This document shows positions 49,301 to 60,869 of a stretch of 64,000 nt of DNA, piece after piece. The translations under genes and the position numbers were made by a program. Numbering within the stretch: the stretch's first letter is position 1; the number at the start of each line of letters is the position of its first letter. Source of the DNA: Callorhinchus milii (Eukaryota); contig NW_024704742.1 in the NCBI RefSeq assembly GCF_018977255.1, forward strand, positions 36,892,001 to 36,956,000. The letters run 5' to 3'. The notes under the pieces were generated by a model. The model saw only the letters and a list, made by a program, of their open reading frames with translations. It was not told the DNA's origin and made no database searches.

Positions 49301-49854
49301 TCTAGGAGTGGGGGAAAAAAGATATTCAATATAGGTATGAGATAGTTATCCTGGTCTGAGCTCATGGATATCTTATCAAGCACATACTAGCTTCTGAAAG
49401 TGCAGCTTCGCTTGTCTCTGAGGAAAAGAGGGGAACCAGGATTTGTGGGTCTTGTTTTACACTCTTGAAGGACATGAAGGCTTTTTTACTGGATTCATAT
49501 CTGTTGCTATTCAATTGACTGTATTTAAACGTTAGTTACTGAATTCCTTGAAATTCTTTCGGTCTGCAAAATTCAATAAGATCACGGAGCCTGAATAGGT
49601 GTTGGACAGAGCAGGATTCACACTATTGTGTAGGTGGCTACAGTCACCCATCTTACCTCAACGATTGAAATTCTTTTACATCTTTTTTTTAAATCTGTGC
49701 ACGTTTCTTTATCAAAACCTGCATTATATCCACATTACTATCTGTCAAAACCAATCTCTGTAATGTGCTAAAAACAGAAATCAAATGAACAAAACTTAAT
49801 TTGCTGAAATCCATGAATACAACTGTAATCTAATTCATGCAAATTAATCATCTT

Positions 49855-50245
49855 GTTATTATAATATCCCTTGCATGTGATATAGCATCTTTAATGTCTT
49901 CAAGGACTTCTTCACAGGTAATTGCTGTCAAGTATAATGAGTGTATATTTTTAGGCAAACACAGTAACCGACAATAAGGTCCTACAACCAACCATTCGGT
50001 GAATGACCAATTTTTTGTTTTGGAGAATTGTTGGCTGGGATACAAGAAAAAAATAGCCTTTGGTTTCAAGCAGTGTCTGGGTGGGATCTTTAACATACCC
50101 CTGAACAGGCAGACAGGACCTTGGTTTAATGTCTCATCTGAAGGATAGCACCTCGGACATATACAGCACTTCCCAGTATACTGTAGTGGAGTGTTGCCTA
50201 GACTACAGAGATACCTGATTCTAGCATGGTCAGCTTGGTTCAATG
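49855..50245 (-). mobile_element. Degenerate Deu-domain SINE
   Basis: Reverse complement contains ccttcagatgagacattaaaccaaggtcctgtctgcctgttcagg..tgttaaagatccca. Confidence 0.75.
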
Positions 50246-50745
50246 TTTCAGAGACCTGGTGATCCAGATGTCAGCTATTGTTTATTGCAGCAAGCAAGCT
50301 ACTCAGCCAGGGATCTCTGTTCGTGATCAGGAGCTCTGGTCTCTGGGCTAAGTTTCCCTCCCTAACCCGGGGGAGCTGAGATCAATGATCAGTGGCACCC
50401 CAATCATAGTGAGGAATTCAAAGCTTTGTTTAAACAAACTTTTACTGCATATTATTTCAAATGTCTTCATTTACTTCAAGCAGAGGGATCCAAATTATGT
50501 GAATGTCACTGTCCAGCCATTGGTGCAAGGTGTGCTATAAATGCAAGTTGTGGTTGTTGAATAGCACATTAAGACTCAACAGTAAGATCACTTTGACATA
50601 CAATAACTATGATTGTAATTCTATTGCTATAAGCTATTGCTGTGTAAACCTGGATGGAAAGATTTGAGGCATTTCATAGGAACCTTCTAATGGATTCAGA
50701 AATCTCAACCGCCTCTATTATACATACAAGCTATTATACATACAA

Positions 50746-51060
50746 GGAGTCCTGTAGCTCAGTGGTTAGAGCACTCGCTTTGCAAGCGAGAGACCTGAGT
50801 TCAATTCCAGGCAGAGGGCGAAACCTTGGGCAAGTTTCCTTACTCCACACAGAGCCTAATAATAATCCCTCCAAAACCAAAAACAATAATAAAAAAATTG
50901 GCATTTTCAATCTACGACTGTTTGTGGGACATTGCTGTGCGCAATTGGCTGCCGCGTTCGCCCACAAATTTACAGTCAATTCACTTTACAGTGTGTTCTG
51001 TGAAGCGCTTTGGGACGTCCTTCCGACGTGAAAAGCGCTATATCAAATGCAAGGATTATT
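50746..51060 (+). mobile_element. tRNA-SINE family A, full length, young
   Basis: Intact anticodon-like arm ctcgc-tttgcaa-gcgag, A/B boxes and 3' stem-loop. Confidence 0.93.
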
Positions 51061-51706
51061 AAGCTGAAGGATGTCCTGCTGAACACAAGTCCTGAGAGAA
51101 TAGAAAGTGCTGAGAATGCTTTTCAAAAGTAGCTAGGTGTAGAGTTTCTATAAGGCTTGTTGGTGCTCAGGACCCACGTGATTAACGCCCCTGGCCCCCA
51201 CCCCGACCCATCCACCTGCAGTAAATGTATGGCTTACAAAATCAAAATCCAAGAAAATATTTCTTTAATTACCTTCTTCACAGAAGATAAAATGCGTGAA
51301 CATGCGTGCCAAGGTCAGAACACTCAGCACAGTGAGATTATTTTTGTTGGAGAGAACGGTGAAGCTCTCGTCAGAGTCAGTGAACTGAATTGAGTTGAGG
51401 TTTAATTTGCACAGTGAGACGCACAGGAACAGGTCATGCAGTTTTTTTTTTGCACAACGAACAGCGAGTCTCAGTGAAAAAGTTACGATTTGGCGAGTAC
51501 AGCATGTATGGAAAGAGAGAGCAGTTCTTTACCTCAAGCACGGCAGCCGTGGTGGATCTCTGCCAAAAGGCTCAGCCATCCATGCAAGTTTCCCATCCCT
51601 TCATAGCTGCCTAGGTTTCTTAGACAAATAATAATGTACACAGATTATGGAGTGTTATAAGATTTATTTAAACACATTTTGAAATTACAGTACTTGTTTT
51701 TAGGCA

Positions 51707-52142
51707 TCAGCCTGGCTCAGTTAGTAGCATTCTTGCCTCTGAGTCAGAAGGATGTGGGTTCAAGTCCCACAATAGACCTGAGTCCACAGTTAATCAATGC
51801 TGACCCTCCAATGCAGTGCTGGAGGTGTGCTGCATTGTCAGAGGTGCCGTACTTTGAATGAGACGTTAAACCAAGATCTTGTCTGAATGTTCAGGTGGAC
51901 GTCAAAGATCCTGTGGCACTAATCAAAATGAGATGGGAGCTTCTCCTAGTGTCCTGGCCAACAATCTCCCAGATAGAATTGGCCATTCACTTCATGGCTG
52001 TTTGTGGGATATTGCTGTGCAAAAATTGATTGCCACATTAACCCACAAAATACAGTCACTACATTTTATAATAAATGTTGTGAAGAACTTTGAGACTTCC
52101 CCCTGACATGAAAGGTGCTATGTCAAATGCAAGGATTATTCT
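51707..52142 (+). mobile_element. Deu-domain SINE, full length
   Basis: Head cctggctcagttagtagca...gtgggttcaagtccc; Deu core gcattgtcagaggtgccgtactttgaatgagacgttaaacc; shared tail. Confidence 0.88.
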
Positions 52143-52554
52143 TATTCCAGGTTACATATGTCCTATACCTCCACATATTCCTTGATATTCTCTGAATAGC
52201 CGAACTCAACATCAGCGTATGATAGATTTAATGAGGTGATATATTGATTGACAGGCTTACAATTATAGTTTTTCCTTTTTGAAATGTCTGTCAGACGTGC
52301 TGCGAGCATATTTAAATGACTATTTCGGTAAAAGACTATTGATCACAATCAGAATGGAGTCAGGAATCATGGCAAACCTCCAGGTTTAATCTTTTAAAGC
52401 TTCTTAACAGAAGAAAGTTATGCATATAGATATTTGGAAGATCGCTTTAAGACGGGGAGAAAAAGGGAAAGCTGGCACTATATTGGGTGAATTATCACCA
52501 AATCCGTGAGCTAACCAACACTTGGAACTTATTCAGGTTTATTGTGTCTTGTAG

Positions 52555-52677
52555 GTGGAGATCGTGATCGGATGACTGCCAATCATGAGACATACCTCCT
52601 CATGGCCAGTACTCAGAATGATATGGAAGACTGGGTGAAGACTATTCGCAGAGTGATATGGGCTCCCTTTGGTGGAG
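52555..52677 (+). CDS. ARHGAP24: ARHGAP24 (FilGAP) internal exon, C-terminal part of the PH domain
   Basis: Acceptor tgtcttgtag|, donor |gtaaga, 123 nt, phase 1-1; encodes (G)[40 protein letters not shown], nearly identical to recalled human ARHGAP24. Confidence 0.95.
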
Positions 52678-53711
52678 GTAAGATGAGAGTTTGGGCTACA
52701 GTTCTACACTGATATGTTTTAATTTCTAGCTGCTTACGGTAGGATTTTCTTACTGCTTTTGGACTTTTAGTGGTATTAATGGGACACAATAGCCCAAGAG
52801 GAGGGGCACCAAGTTCAAAGCGCCTTCAATTACATTACTTTCCCTGAGACTCGCCCAATATGGTAGTTCAGGACTGGAGTAATATTGTGCTGGCCCCAGT
52901 GTAACATCCCAACTCAACACAAGCAGTGCAGAAATCACATTGGGGTCTAATCTGTAATATTTGCAATATTATTAATAAATGCAAAATTGTTGCATTTATT
53001 CCAGAATTTGGATTGTGAAAGACGTGTGTTAATAATGTGTTGTGTTTTGCTCTCTAGCTTTTTCAGACTTTACTGATGTGTAGTTTGGGATTTGCCATCT
53101 GCAAATTTGACAAAACAGATGTCACAACAGAGATGTTGCAATTGGTGTCCATTTTGAGAATATCACACACTGTAGATGAAAAATTTACCGATTGTTACAC
53201 CTTGTGTGTATATGGTCAGTCTGCATAATGTGGATACGATTCTGTACTGCATAGCTTTAAAGTAAGGAAATAATGGTTGTCCTTCATATCTGAAGATGGC
53301 CGTTCACACAATGTGAACACTTGGGTGCATAATATATATGTGGTCATTCTGTGTAACTTGTACATGGTCAGTTTCTATAATGTGTACATGGTCTCCTTTG
53401 ACACTCGCATTGAAGTGTGCAACTGCACATTTACAGGCACAGACATTTCAGAGACCAGTCTCTATGATCCAGTTGTGAGACTAAGAAGCCATTATTCAGT
53501 TTTCCTGACTCGCTCCAGTGGGTTACACCTAAGAAAGCCACTGGACGCTTCTGCCCCATTTACTGATACTTGTTTCAGTTTCCAAAAGCATAAGAACTGA
53601 CTTTAGCAGTGGGTGACAGGAAACCTAGCACTGTGAGGTACAGAGCCTCACAATGTAATGACTGTATTGTAGAATATACAGTCTACGGACAATGTAGTCA
53701 ATATCCCTTGC

Positions 53712-54290
53712 AATACAATACAAAATTATATTTGTAAAGTGCCTTTCATGTCGGGAAGACGTCCCAAGGCACTGAACAGTCAGGGATTAGGACTCAAGCA
53801 GGTGAGTTGGGGGGGTGGGGGGTAGGCAGGGGTTGTGATCAGGGAGAGTGGAGGACAGAGAGGGTAGCGGAGTGGCCGAAGGCATGTTCGAAGAGGAGAG
53901 TCTTGATACGTGCTTTGAAGGAGGCAAGGGAGGAGCAAGACAAGGGGACTGCGGGATGGAGTTCCAAAAGGTGGGGGCAGAGAAGCTGAATGGTGGGGCC
54001 AGGCTGGGCCAGGCCGGGCGGGGGATATGGAGCAGTCTGGAGCTTGCTGAGCGGAGGGAGCGGATAGGTTGAGGTGAGGAGGCGCTGACAGGAGCCAATC
54101 AGGAGAGCCTCGGTCTTGTTGACGTTCAACTGAAGAAAGTTTGCTCTCATCCAGGACTTGATGTCTGACAGACATTCTGTCAGGACAGCAGTAGTCCTGG
54201 AGTCAAGGGTGGAGACAGAGAGGTAGAGTTGGGTGTCATCTGCATAAATATGGAAGTTGACCCTATAATCTGGGGATGAGGTCACCAAGA
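53712..54290 (-). mobile_element. Internally deleted L2 (RT YADD segment joined to the 3' end)
   Basis: VNFHIYADDTQLYLS...LQLNVNKTEALLIGS followed directly by RSLRSASSRLLHIP...FWNSIP. Confidence 0.88.
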
Positions 54291-54715
54291 GACTAGGCCT
54301 ATATTCTCTAGAATATAGAAGAATTGGAAGTGATCTTACAGAAACCTAAAAGATTCTTAAGGGTCTTGACAAGGTAGACAGTGTGAGATTGTTTCCCCTG
54401 GTTAGAGAATTGAAAACTAGAGATCATAGTCTCAGGATTAAAGGTCAGCCCTTTAAAACTGAGTTGAGAAAACATTTCTTCACTCAGAGGGTATTGAATT
54501 TATGGAATTCTCTACCCCAGAAGGATGTGGATGCTCAGTCATTGAACATATTCAAGACTGAGATCGATAGATTTTTAAAAACTAAAGGGATTAAGGGATA
54601 TGGGGATAGGGCGGGTAAATGGAACTTGGTTAGATCAGCCATGATCTTATTAAATGGCGAGGCAGGCTCGAGGGGCCGAATGGCCTACTCCTGCTCCTGT
54701 TTCTTATGTTCTTAT
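54291..54715 (+). mobile_element. CR1 LINE 3' end (ORF2 C-terminus + 3' UTR)
   Basis: RLFPLVRELKTRDHSLRIKGQPFKTELRKHFFTQRVLNLWNSLPQ...FKTEIDRFL; 3' UTR ...ggccgaatggcctactcctgctcct, tail ttcttatg repeats. Confidence 0.92.
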
Positions 54716-54721
54716 TTTCTT

Positions 54722-55258
54722 ATAAATGTGTGGATGAGGGTTTCAGTGGCCTGAGTGTAGAGGCAGTGGCAGAGCCAGGTGGCGTTGCACAGGTGGAGGA
54801 AAGCAGAGTGGGTCATGGCACGGATGTGGGGTAGAAAGGATAGTTGAGGGTCAAACAAGATGCCAAGTTTTTGGACTGGCTCAGTAAGGTGGAGTGTGCA
54901 TGCATGGATGGTGATGCTGCCAGTGCCTGAGGTGTAGATGCGCTGACGGGAGCCAATCAGGAGAGCCTCGTTCTTGTTGACGTTCAACTAGAAAGTTAGT
55001 TCTCATCCAGGACTTGATGTCTGACAGACAATGGTCCTGGAGTCGAGGGTGGAGGCAGCGAGATAGAGTTGGGTGTCATTCGCATACATGTGGAAGTTGA
55101 CCCCATGTCTGCAGATGATTTCACCAAGAGTGAGCATGTAGATATTGAAGAGGAGAGGACCAAGGACAGGGCCCTAAGGAACGCTGCACGATGATGGGAG
55201 AAGCTGTTTTTGGAGACAAAGTGGAGATGGTGTGAAAGGTAGGATCTGAACCAGTCTA
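54722..55258 (-). mobile_element. L2 ORF2 RT-region fragment
   Basis: [19 protein letters not shown]..., [28 protein letters not shown]. Confidence 0.88.
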
Positions 55259-55429
55259 GGACAGAACCATGAAGATTGAGGTGAGAGGAATCCTGGGTGT
55301 GTGAATTTGTTGATAATGTAGAAGCTGTGACCGCACAGTAATCACACTCTTAGCTAGCAAACAGTGTAACCTGGTGTCAAGGAATATCCGAGAAGACCAG
55401 CCCACTTGATAACCACACTGGTAGAAACC

Positions 55430-55605
55430 ATTCCCTCCGGAAAGTGATCTACCAATCAACTTATCAAATAGGTTCCGATTTACTACTAGGGAAACAGAGG
55501 CATTTGGATTAGGGAAACTTGCTTAAGGTTTTGCCCCGCTGGGAATTGAACCTGGGTCCTCTCACTTGCGAGGCGAGCAAGCTAACCACTACGCTATGTG
55601 ACTCA
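55430..55605 (-). mobile_element. tRNA-SINE family B-like head and central segment
   Basis: Reverse complement: tagcgtagtggttagcttgctcgcctcgcaagtgag...ggttcaattccc...gcctctgtttccctagtagtaa. Confidence 0.7.
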
Positions 55606-56235
55606 CAAGTACAGTACAGAAATTCATCTCTGTAGACAACACAGCTTTACAGTGGAGAAAATGCACCTCTATGGAGTAAACAGCCTCAGAGTGCAGAGAG
55701 TGACTACTGTAGCATTGGACAGCCTTATAATGTTGCAACGTTGATTTAATTAATTCACAATAATAATTTCATGTGGCCTTGGGGCATGATCTTTGCAGAA
55801 TGGCCCCTTTCCAGTTGCAGCAAACTTTATTAGCCTGTAAGCTGTGCTGAATGAATTCCTTCTGTAATTATGCCAGTAGTCATTGAATATTAATCTCTGA
55901 TGGATGTTAGATTTTTATGCCTATTTTGCAGTCCCTGGACTATAAATTAAGAGTAAGGCAGTTTGTTAGAAGTAGTAGGGTCTAAGACATAGTACTTTTT
56001 AATCACTCAGACCTGTCCAGTCCACAATTTGCATATTAGAATATTGGGAGGCATTTTGTTTGACACTTTCCACCCTGGACTGAATAACTATTAAAGATAG
56101 AATGTCTTCAGGGGAATCAAAATGGCTGCAAATTATAACTGACGAAGTGACGAAGGTAGGAAGAGTATAAAGAAATGACCACCTTGATTGGTGTGTAGAG
56201 ACATAAGCAGATGCTGATCAAGCTCTGTGCTTCCA

Positions 56236-56652
56236 ACAACAGCAACAACAACAACTTGCACTTATGTAGAGTTCTCCACGCATCAGTGCGTCTCAGAGCG
56301 CTTAACAATGGCGGAGCCTGACTCCGAGCTGGTGGGGGGGAAGGTGACCATAAGCACGGTCGAAAAGGAAAGTTTTCAGGCGGGACTTGAAAAAGGGGAG
56401 AGAGGGGGCAAGGTGGAGGGATTGTTCCAGAGTTTTGGGGTGTAGTGGCTGAAAGCATGATCTCCGATGGTGGGGCAGAGGTTGCAAGGGATGAGCAGGA
56501 GGCCAGTGCCAGTCGAACGGAGGCGCCGGTTGGTGGATTGGGGAGTGAGGAGGTCAGAGAGGTAGGGAGGTGTCAAAGAGTGAATGGATTTGAACACAAG
56601 TGTGAGGATCTTGAAGTTGACTGATGGAACTGTTGCACAATGGGTAAGAACA
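56236..56652 (-). mobile_element. L2 3' fragment (same rearranged subfamily as 5225-5550)
   Basis: VNFKILTLVFKSIHSLTPPYLSDLL...AFSHYTPKLWN; FKSRLKTFLFD. Confidence 0.87.
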
Positions 56653-56689
56653 TTTGTTTGAGCAGTGGGCAATGAGTGCTGCTCACCAG

Positions 56690-57330
56690 AGAGCTTGGGA
56701 TTGCCTGGTATCTGCTATCAACCAAGTGAGGGCTCAAACTGCACTCGTTGTTGGATGTCCAACTCTTGACTATCTAGTTGAGCTGGCTCCAAGGTGACGT
56801 GCTTGGCAACAGAATGGTAGAATTGAGTCAAACTTCTTGTGGCAGTCTCAGTAGTCCAATTTCTGAGTCGGCCAGGTATGCAGTCCCCCTAGGGCAGTCC
56901 TGTTTGGCAGGACTTGGAGGGGCAGACTGGGGCAGGGATGTTTCTCATTTGCCCTCTGTTAATTCTGTAAGCCAAAGCTCTAATGGATAGGATGGTCCCA
57001 GCAACAAAAAGCTTGCCAGACAATGATGAACTAGTAGCTGGTTACACTCCCAGTGTACCTCTAAAACGCACATTTAGGAGCCTTGGCTCTCGCCCACGGT
57101 CCTAATACCTTCTTGGAATTAAGTAAGCAGGGTAGGGTGTATCCCTCCAAAGAGAGAGTGCACACTCCATTCCAGACATAGAAAAGTTTAGAAAGTTGCC
57201 AATGATATGTGGAATGCTCATTATGGTTTGGCTACTATTATAAGCATGGTGATGGGTTTCCACATGTGTAAGAATGACCAAAATAAAGAAGCAACCTAAG
57301 TGGGCAAAAAAAAAGCAGCTCAATAAGGGT
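56690..57330 (+). repeat. Ancient unclassified repeat (copy 3)
   Basis: Colinear with the reverse complement of 6500-7100. Confidence 0.72.
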
Positions 57331-58529
57331 GACTTGAGAAAAGGGTAGCGATGGCCCAAGGGAAGCATCCCTGCCTCCGTTATGGGCGCTGCCTTGTTGT
57401 CTCGATCTTTGGTTATGCACCTCATTTTGTTTCACTGTTGAAGACGGAATCCCTAGTTGGGGTGACGCTGTGTTTGGATATGCCAATGAAAACTGCCTCT
57501 TTAATTCGGTCGGGAGGCAGCGGCACTTCCTGGTTTACCATCAGTTTAACTATGGAATTCATAATGAGCCAGTGCCTTGAAAAGGTCAGCAAAGCTGGGC
57601 TGCAAATGCTCCTTTCATACAGTGCAACAAGAACTTATTTCTAAATCAACAGACACCACTTGAGGTGTCTTGTCACAGCCTGTGTTGGAAGCACTCAGTC
57701 AGCACTGTACGTTTAAAGGAACTGGAAGAACACTCGTACTCTAAGCAATCATTGCCAGTACCTCTCTGCTAACAAACAAGAAATGCCCCTCTTTTAATCA
57801 TTTACCTACACGTGATAACATTGTTTACTGGCTGGGGGCTGGAATATGAGGGGAGCTGGGAGGTGTGCTCACTGGCCAGTTAACACCAATCCAAGGAATA
57901 AAGTAAATGGGAGTGGGGGAGAGGAGGAGAAAAGTCCTTCTGATTGTTTTCATGCATGTCTGCTTGTGAGATTCTCTTCCCGATTAGATTATAATGATAT
58001 AAAAGGTCTGCACTCTCTGACTAATGATTACAGAGCAGGAAGACTCTGGGACGAACATGAAAGGAAAGCAGGCACTCGGGGGATGAAATCTGAATCCACT
58101 CTCTCAGGGTTTAGTGGATTGGCACTCTACCTCTGCATGCCAGAGGGATTTTTAATTGACTGCTGTAAAGTTTCCGCATGTGACGGGAGCTACAAGTCAA
58201 GTGAAAGTCAGTTCTCCTTTTGACCGAATATTTTCCACCTTAGTCTCACTACTGTAAGCAGTGAGCGATGCACACAGACTGCAGAGCTGAAGCTATGCCT
58301 CACTGAGAGATTTTAAATAATCTCCTACCCACCCCAGATAATCTACCACTACATTGAGGACACTAATGGGATTTTTAGGCTGCTCTTCATTGTCCAATTG
58401 CATGTAAACTGTTGTCGTTTAATCCCTCCCCCACCCCCCTTGAACTTGATAATCATAATAACTGTTCCAGTTTGAAGAGTAACACATGTGGATACCGTAT
58501 GCAGTGCAGCCTGAACTCAGCACTCTGCA

Positions 58530-58641
58530 ATGCCTGAGAATAAGAATATCATATTCTGCACTACCAGTGCTTTAACATACCCCACTTTCCTCCCTAAAAC
58601 CACCTACAGGAAAATTAAGCGATGCTTCAGCTTCAGAAAAG
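58530..58641 (+). CDS. ARHGAP24: ARHGAP24 alternative first coding exon (PH-less p73RhoGAP-type isoform)
   Basis: MPENKNIIFCTTSALTYPTFLPKTTYRKIKRCFSFRK + G|GTAAGT consensus donor, phase 1; matches the recalled human isoform N-terminus MPE...PFIPKTTYRRIKRCFSFRK-GIFGQ. Confidence 0.88.
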
Positions 58642-59199
58642 GTAAGTGTCTGCAGGATGATTGTTTGATTTCACAGTTTATATGAGATTTCAGTTTTGAT
58701 TTTCGTCTATTGCTTGTGTTGCTGATGTGTATGAAATAGTAAGTGTGTGTTTGTGGTGTGCGTGTGTGGGTTTGCACGCACCGGTTTAAGCTGCTGCTTC
58801 TGTAGTTGAATGGTTCGGTTAGGTAAAAGATGCTTTGTGGTCAGTTGAAATTGTGTTCTCTATGCACAATATGGATATTGCTATGAAAAGATAATTTGAA
58901 AAGTACAGCCATCAATTTATTTTTGTGTGTGAATTGCTAAGTAGCTGCCTGCTGATCAGAACATACATGTGCGCGCGTACCTGTGTCCGCACATAAACAT
59001 GGACACATGGGGTCCAGTAGGAAGCACTTTATAACAGGATGCAGTCACGGGAAAATCCTGCTGGTAATTGGCAGCCTGTCAGTCAAATCATGGGATCACC
59101 AATATCTGCTTTTGGTACTTTGGAGCAGAAATTCCTCAAGTCATCTGTGTGTTACCAGTTTTGGCAGGATTCCCTTATGGCTACTCTTGAGTTAATATT

Positions 59200-59822
59200 A
59201 CAATAACAAGATTACATTTGTATAGCGCCTTTCATGTCAGGAGGACGTGCCAGTGTACAGCATTTCAGACCCGAGCTGGGGTCAGGGGGGGGAGAAGGGA
59301 GGGGAAGGGGGGTGGCCGATGGCATGGTCGAAGAGGAGGGTCTTGAGGTAGGACTTGAAGGAGGCTAAGAAGGGGGAGAGGCGGAGTGACTGGGGGATGG
59401 AATTCCAGAGGTTGGGGGCAGAGTGGCTGAAGGCTTTCCGGCCAATGGTGGGGTGGGTGCGTCGGCGGACGTGGAGCAGGCCAGAGCCGGCTGAGCGGAG
59501 GGAGTGGACGGGTTGGTAGGGGGTTAGGAGTCACAGATGTAGGGTGGGGCGAGGCCATGGAGGGCTTTGCAGGTGAGGACCAGGGTCTTGAACTGGATCC
59601 CCTGAAGGATAGGGAGCCAATGGAGTCAGGCAAGAATGGAGGAGATGGGGTCACGGAGTTTGGTGCGGGAGAGGACCATCTGCAATCTGTGGAGGGAGGA
59701 GTTGGGAAGGCCGACAAGCAGGGTGTTTGCATAGTCGAGCCTGGAGGTGATGAAGGCATGAACAAGAGTTTCAGCGGCCTGAAGGGTGAGGCAGTTGGGC
59801 AATGTTACAGAGGTGAGGGAAG
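59200..59822 (-). mobile_element. L2 LINE 3' fragment
   Basis: AAETLVHAFITSRLDYANTLLVGLP...; 3' portion closely resembles 3222-3690. Confidence 0.9.
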
Positions 59823-59977
59823 GCAGATTCCTGTTGCAATTTGAATGTTTTTTCACCCCATTGTATGCTAAAGATTTTAGAAATTGGAAATTTTCAACAC
59901 TCAGGTAGAGGGAGGTCTAACTTGTGAGATTTGTAAAAGGATTTGTAAATAGTCTTGCACATTGTAATTTATGTTAA

Positions 59978-60262
59978 CTAACAACAACAACAGCACCTTG
60001 GATTTATATAGCGTCCTCCATGCTGGACGGCGTCTCAGAGCGCTTCACAGTAACGGATCCCAGGGCCGAGCCAGGGGGAGGGGGAGGAAGCTGACCAAAG
60101 GAGCAGTCGAAAAGAAAGGTCTTCAGCCGAGACCTGAAAATAGGAAGAGAGAGAATGAGGCGAAGGGAGTGAGGAAGGGAGTTCCAGAGCCTCGGGGCAT
60201 AGTAGCTGAAGGCACGGCCGCCGAGGGTGGAGCGGAGCACGCGGGGGACAAGGAGGAAGAAT
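59978..60262 (-). mobile_element. L2 3' fragment (different subfamily)
   Basis: LLVPRVLRSTLGGRAFSYYAPRLWNSLPHSLR...FRSRLKTFLF; (TTG)n. Confidence 0.88.
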
Positions 60263-60661
60263 GCCATGTGAATGCTAAATTCCTTACCAGGTGCATAACT
60301 TGACCATAATTCTTTGACTAAAATTTGACTTCAATGAAATCGAGATTGAAAATGGTATTCAAGTGGCTTTCCAGAGAGGATTAGTTTCAGACCCATCGCT
60401 GGGTATCAGCAAGACTCACTATTTGCAAATCTTTTCAGCAATCGTACAAATCAAACCCCATTTTCTCTCAGTAAACATTGGTTCAGGGTATCCTTAGGGG
60501 TGTTTGTTTGCGTGTTTTAACCATTTGGATTGGAATGGTTAGTTCCTTTGACATTACCCTATGAAGCACTGCTATCCTGCAACTGTTACTTTCTCAGCTG
60601 TAATCTCTGTAGAAGTTGTTTACTGGAATTGGGTAACCTGGTTTTGTTCCTGACTCAATAG

Positions 60662-60869
60662 GTATCTTTGGCCAGAGGCTGGAAGACACTGTACGGTACG
60701 AGCGTAGGTATGGTACTCGCATGGCACCAATGCTTGTGGAGCAGTGTGTAGACTTCATCCGCCAGAGAGGGCTGAAGGAAGAGGGTCTCTTTCGACTACC
60801 CGGTCAAGCGAATCTGGTCAAGGAGTTACAGGAGGCCTTTGACTGCGGTGAGAAGCCGTTATTTGACAG
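60662..60869 (+). CDS. ARHGAP24: ARHGAP24 exon, start of the RhoGAP domain including the arginine finger
   Basis: Acceptor aatag|, donor |gtaagg, 208 nt; (G)[68 protein letters not shown]. Confidence 0.97.

Noticed and set aside
1..52554. Upstream ARHGAP24 PH exon (GTIFLPGNKV...FLFEV-type)
   Set aside because: Not found by eye; probably upstream of the window, consistent with a very long intron. tBLASTn would confirm.
53200..53400. CRISPR-like or functional repeat array
   Set aside because: Degenerate ~25-bp minisatellite (gtacatggtcag...ataat) without unique spacers, in eukaryotic DNA.
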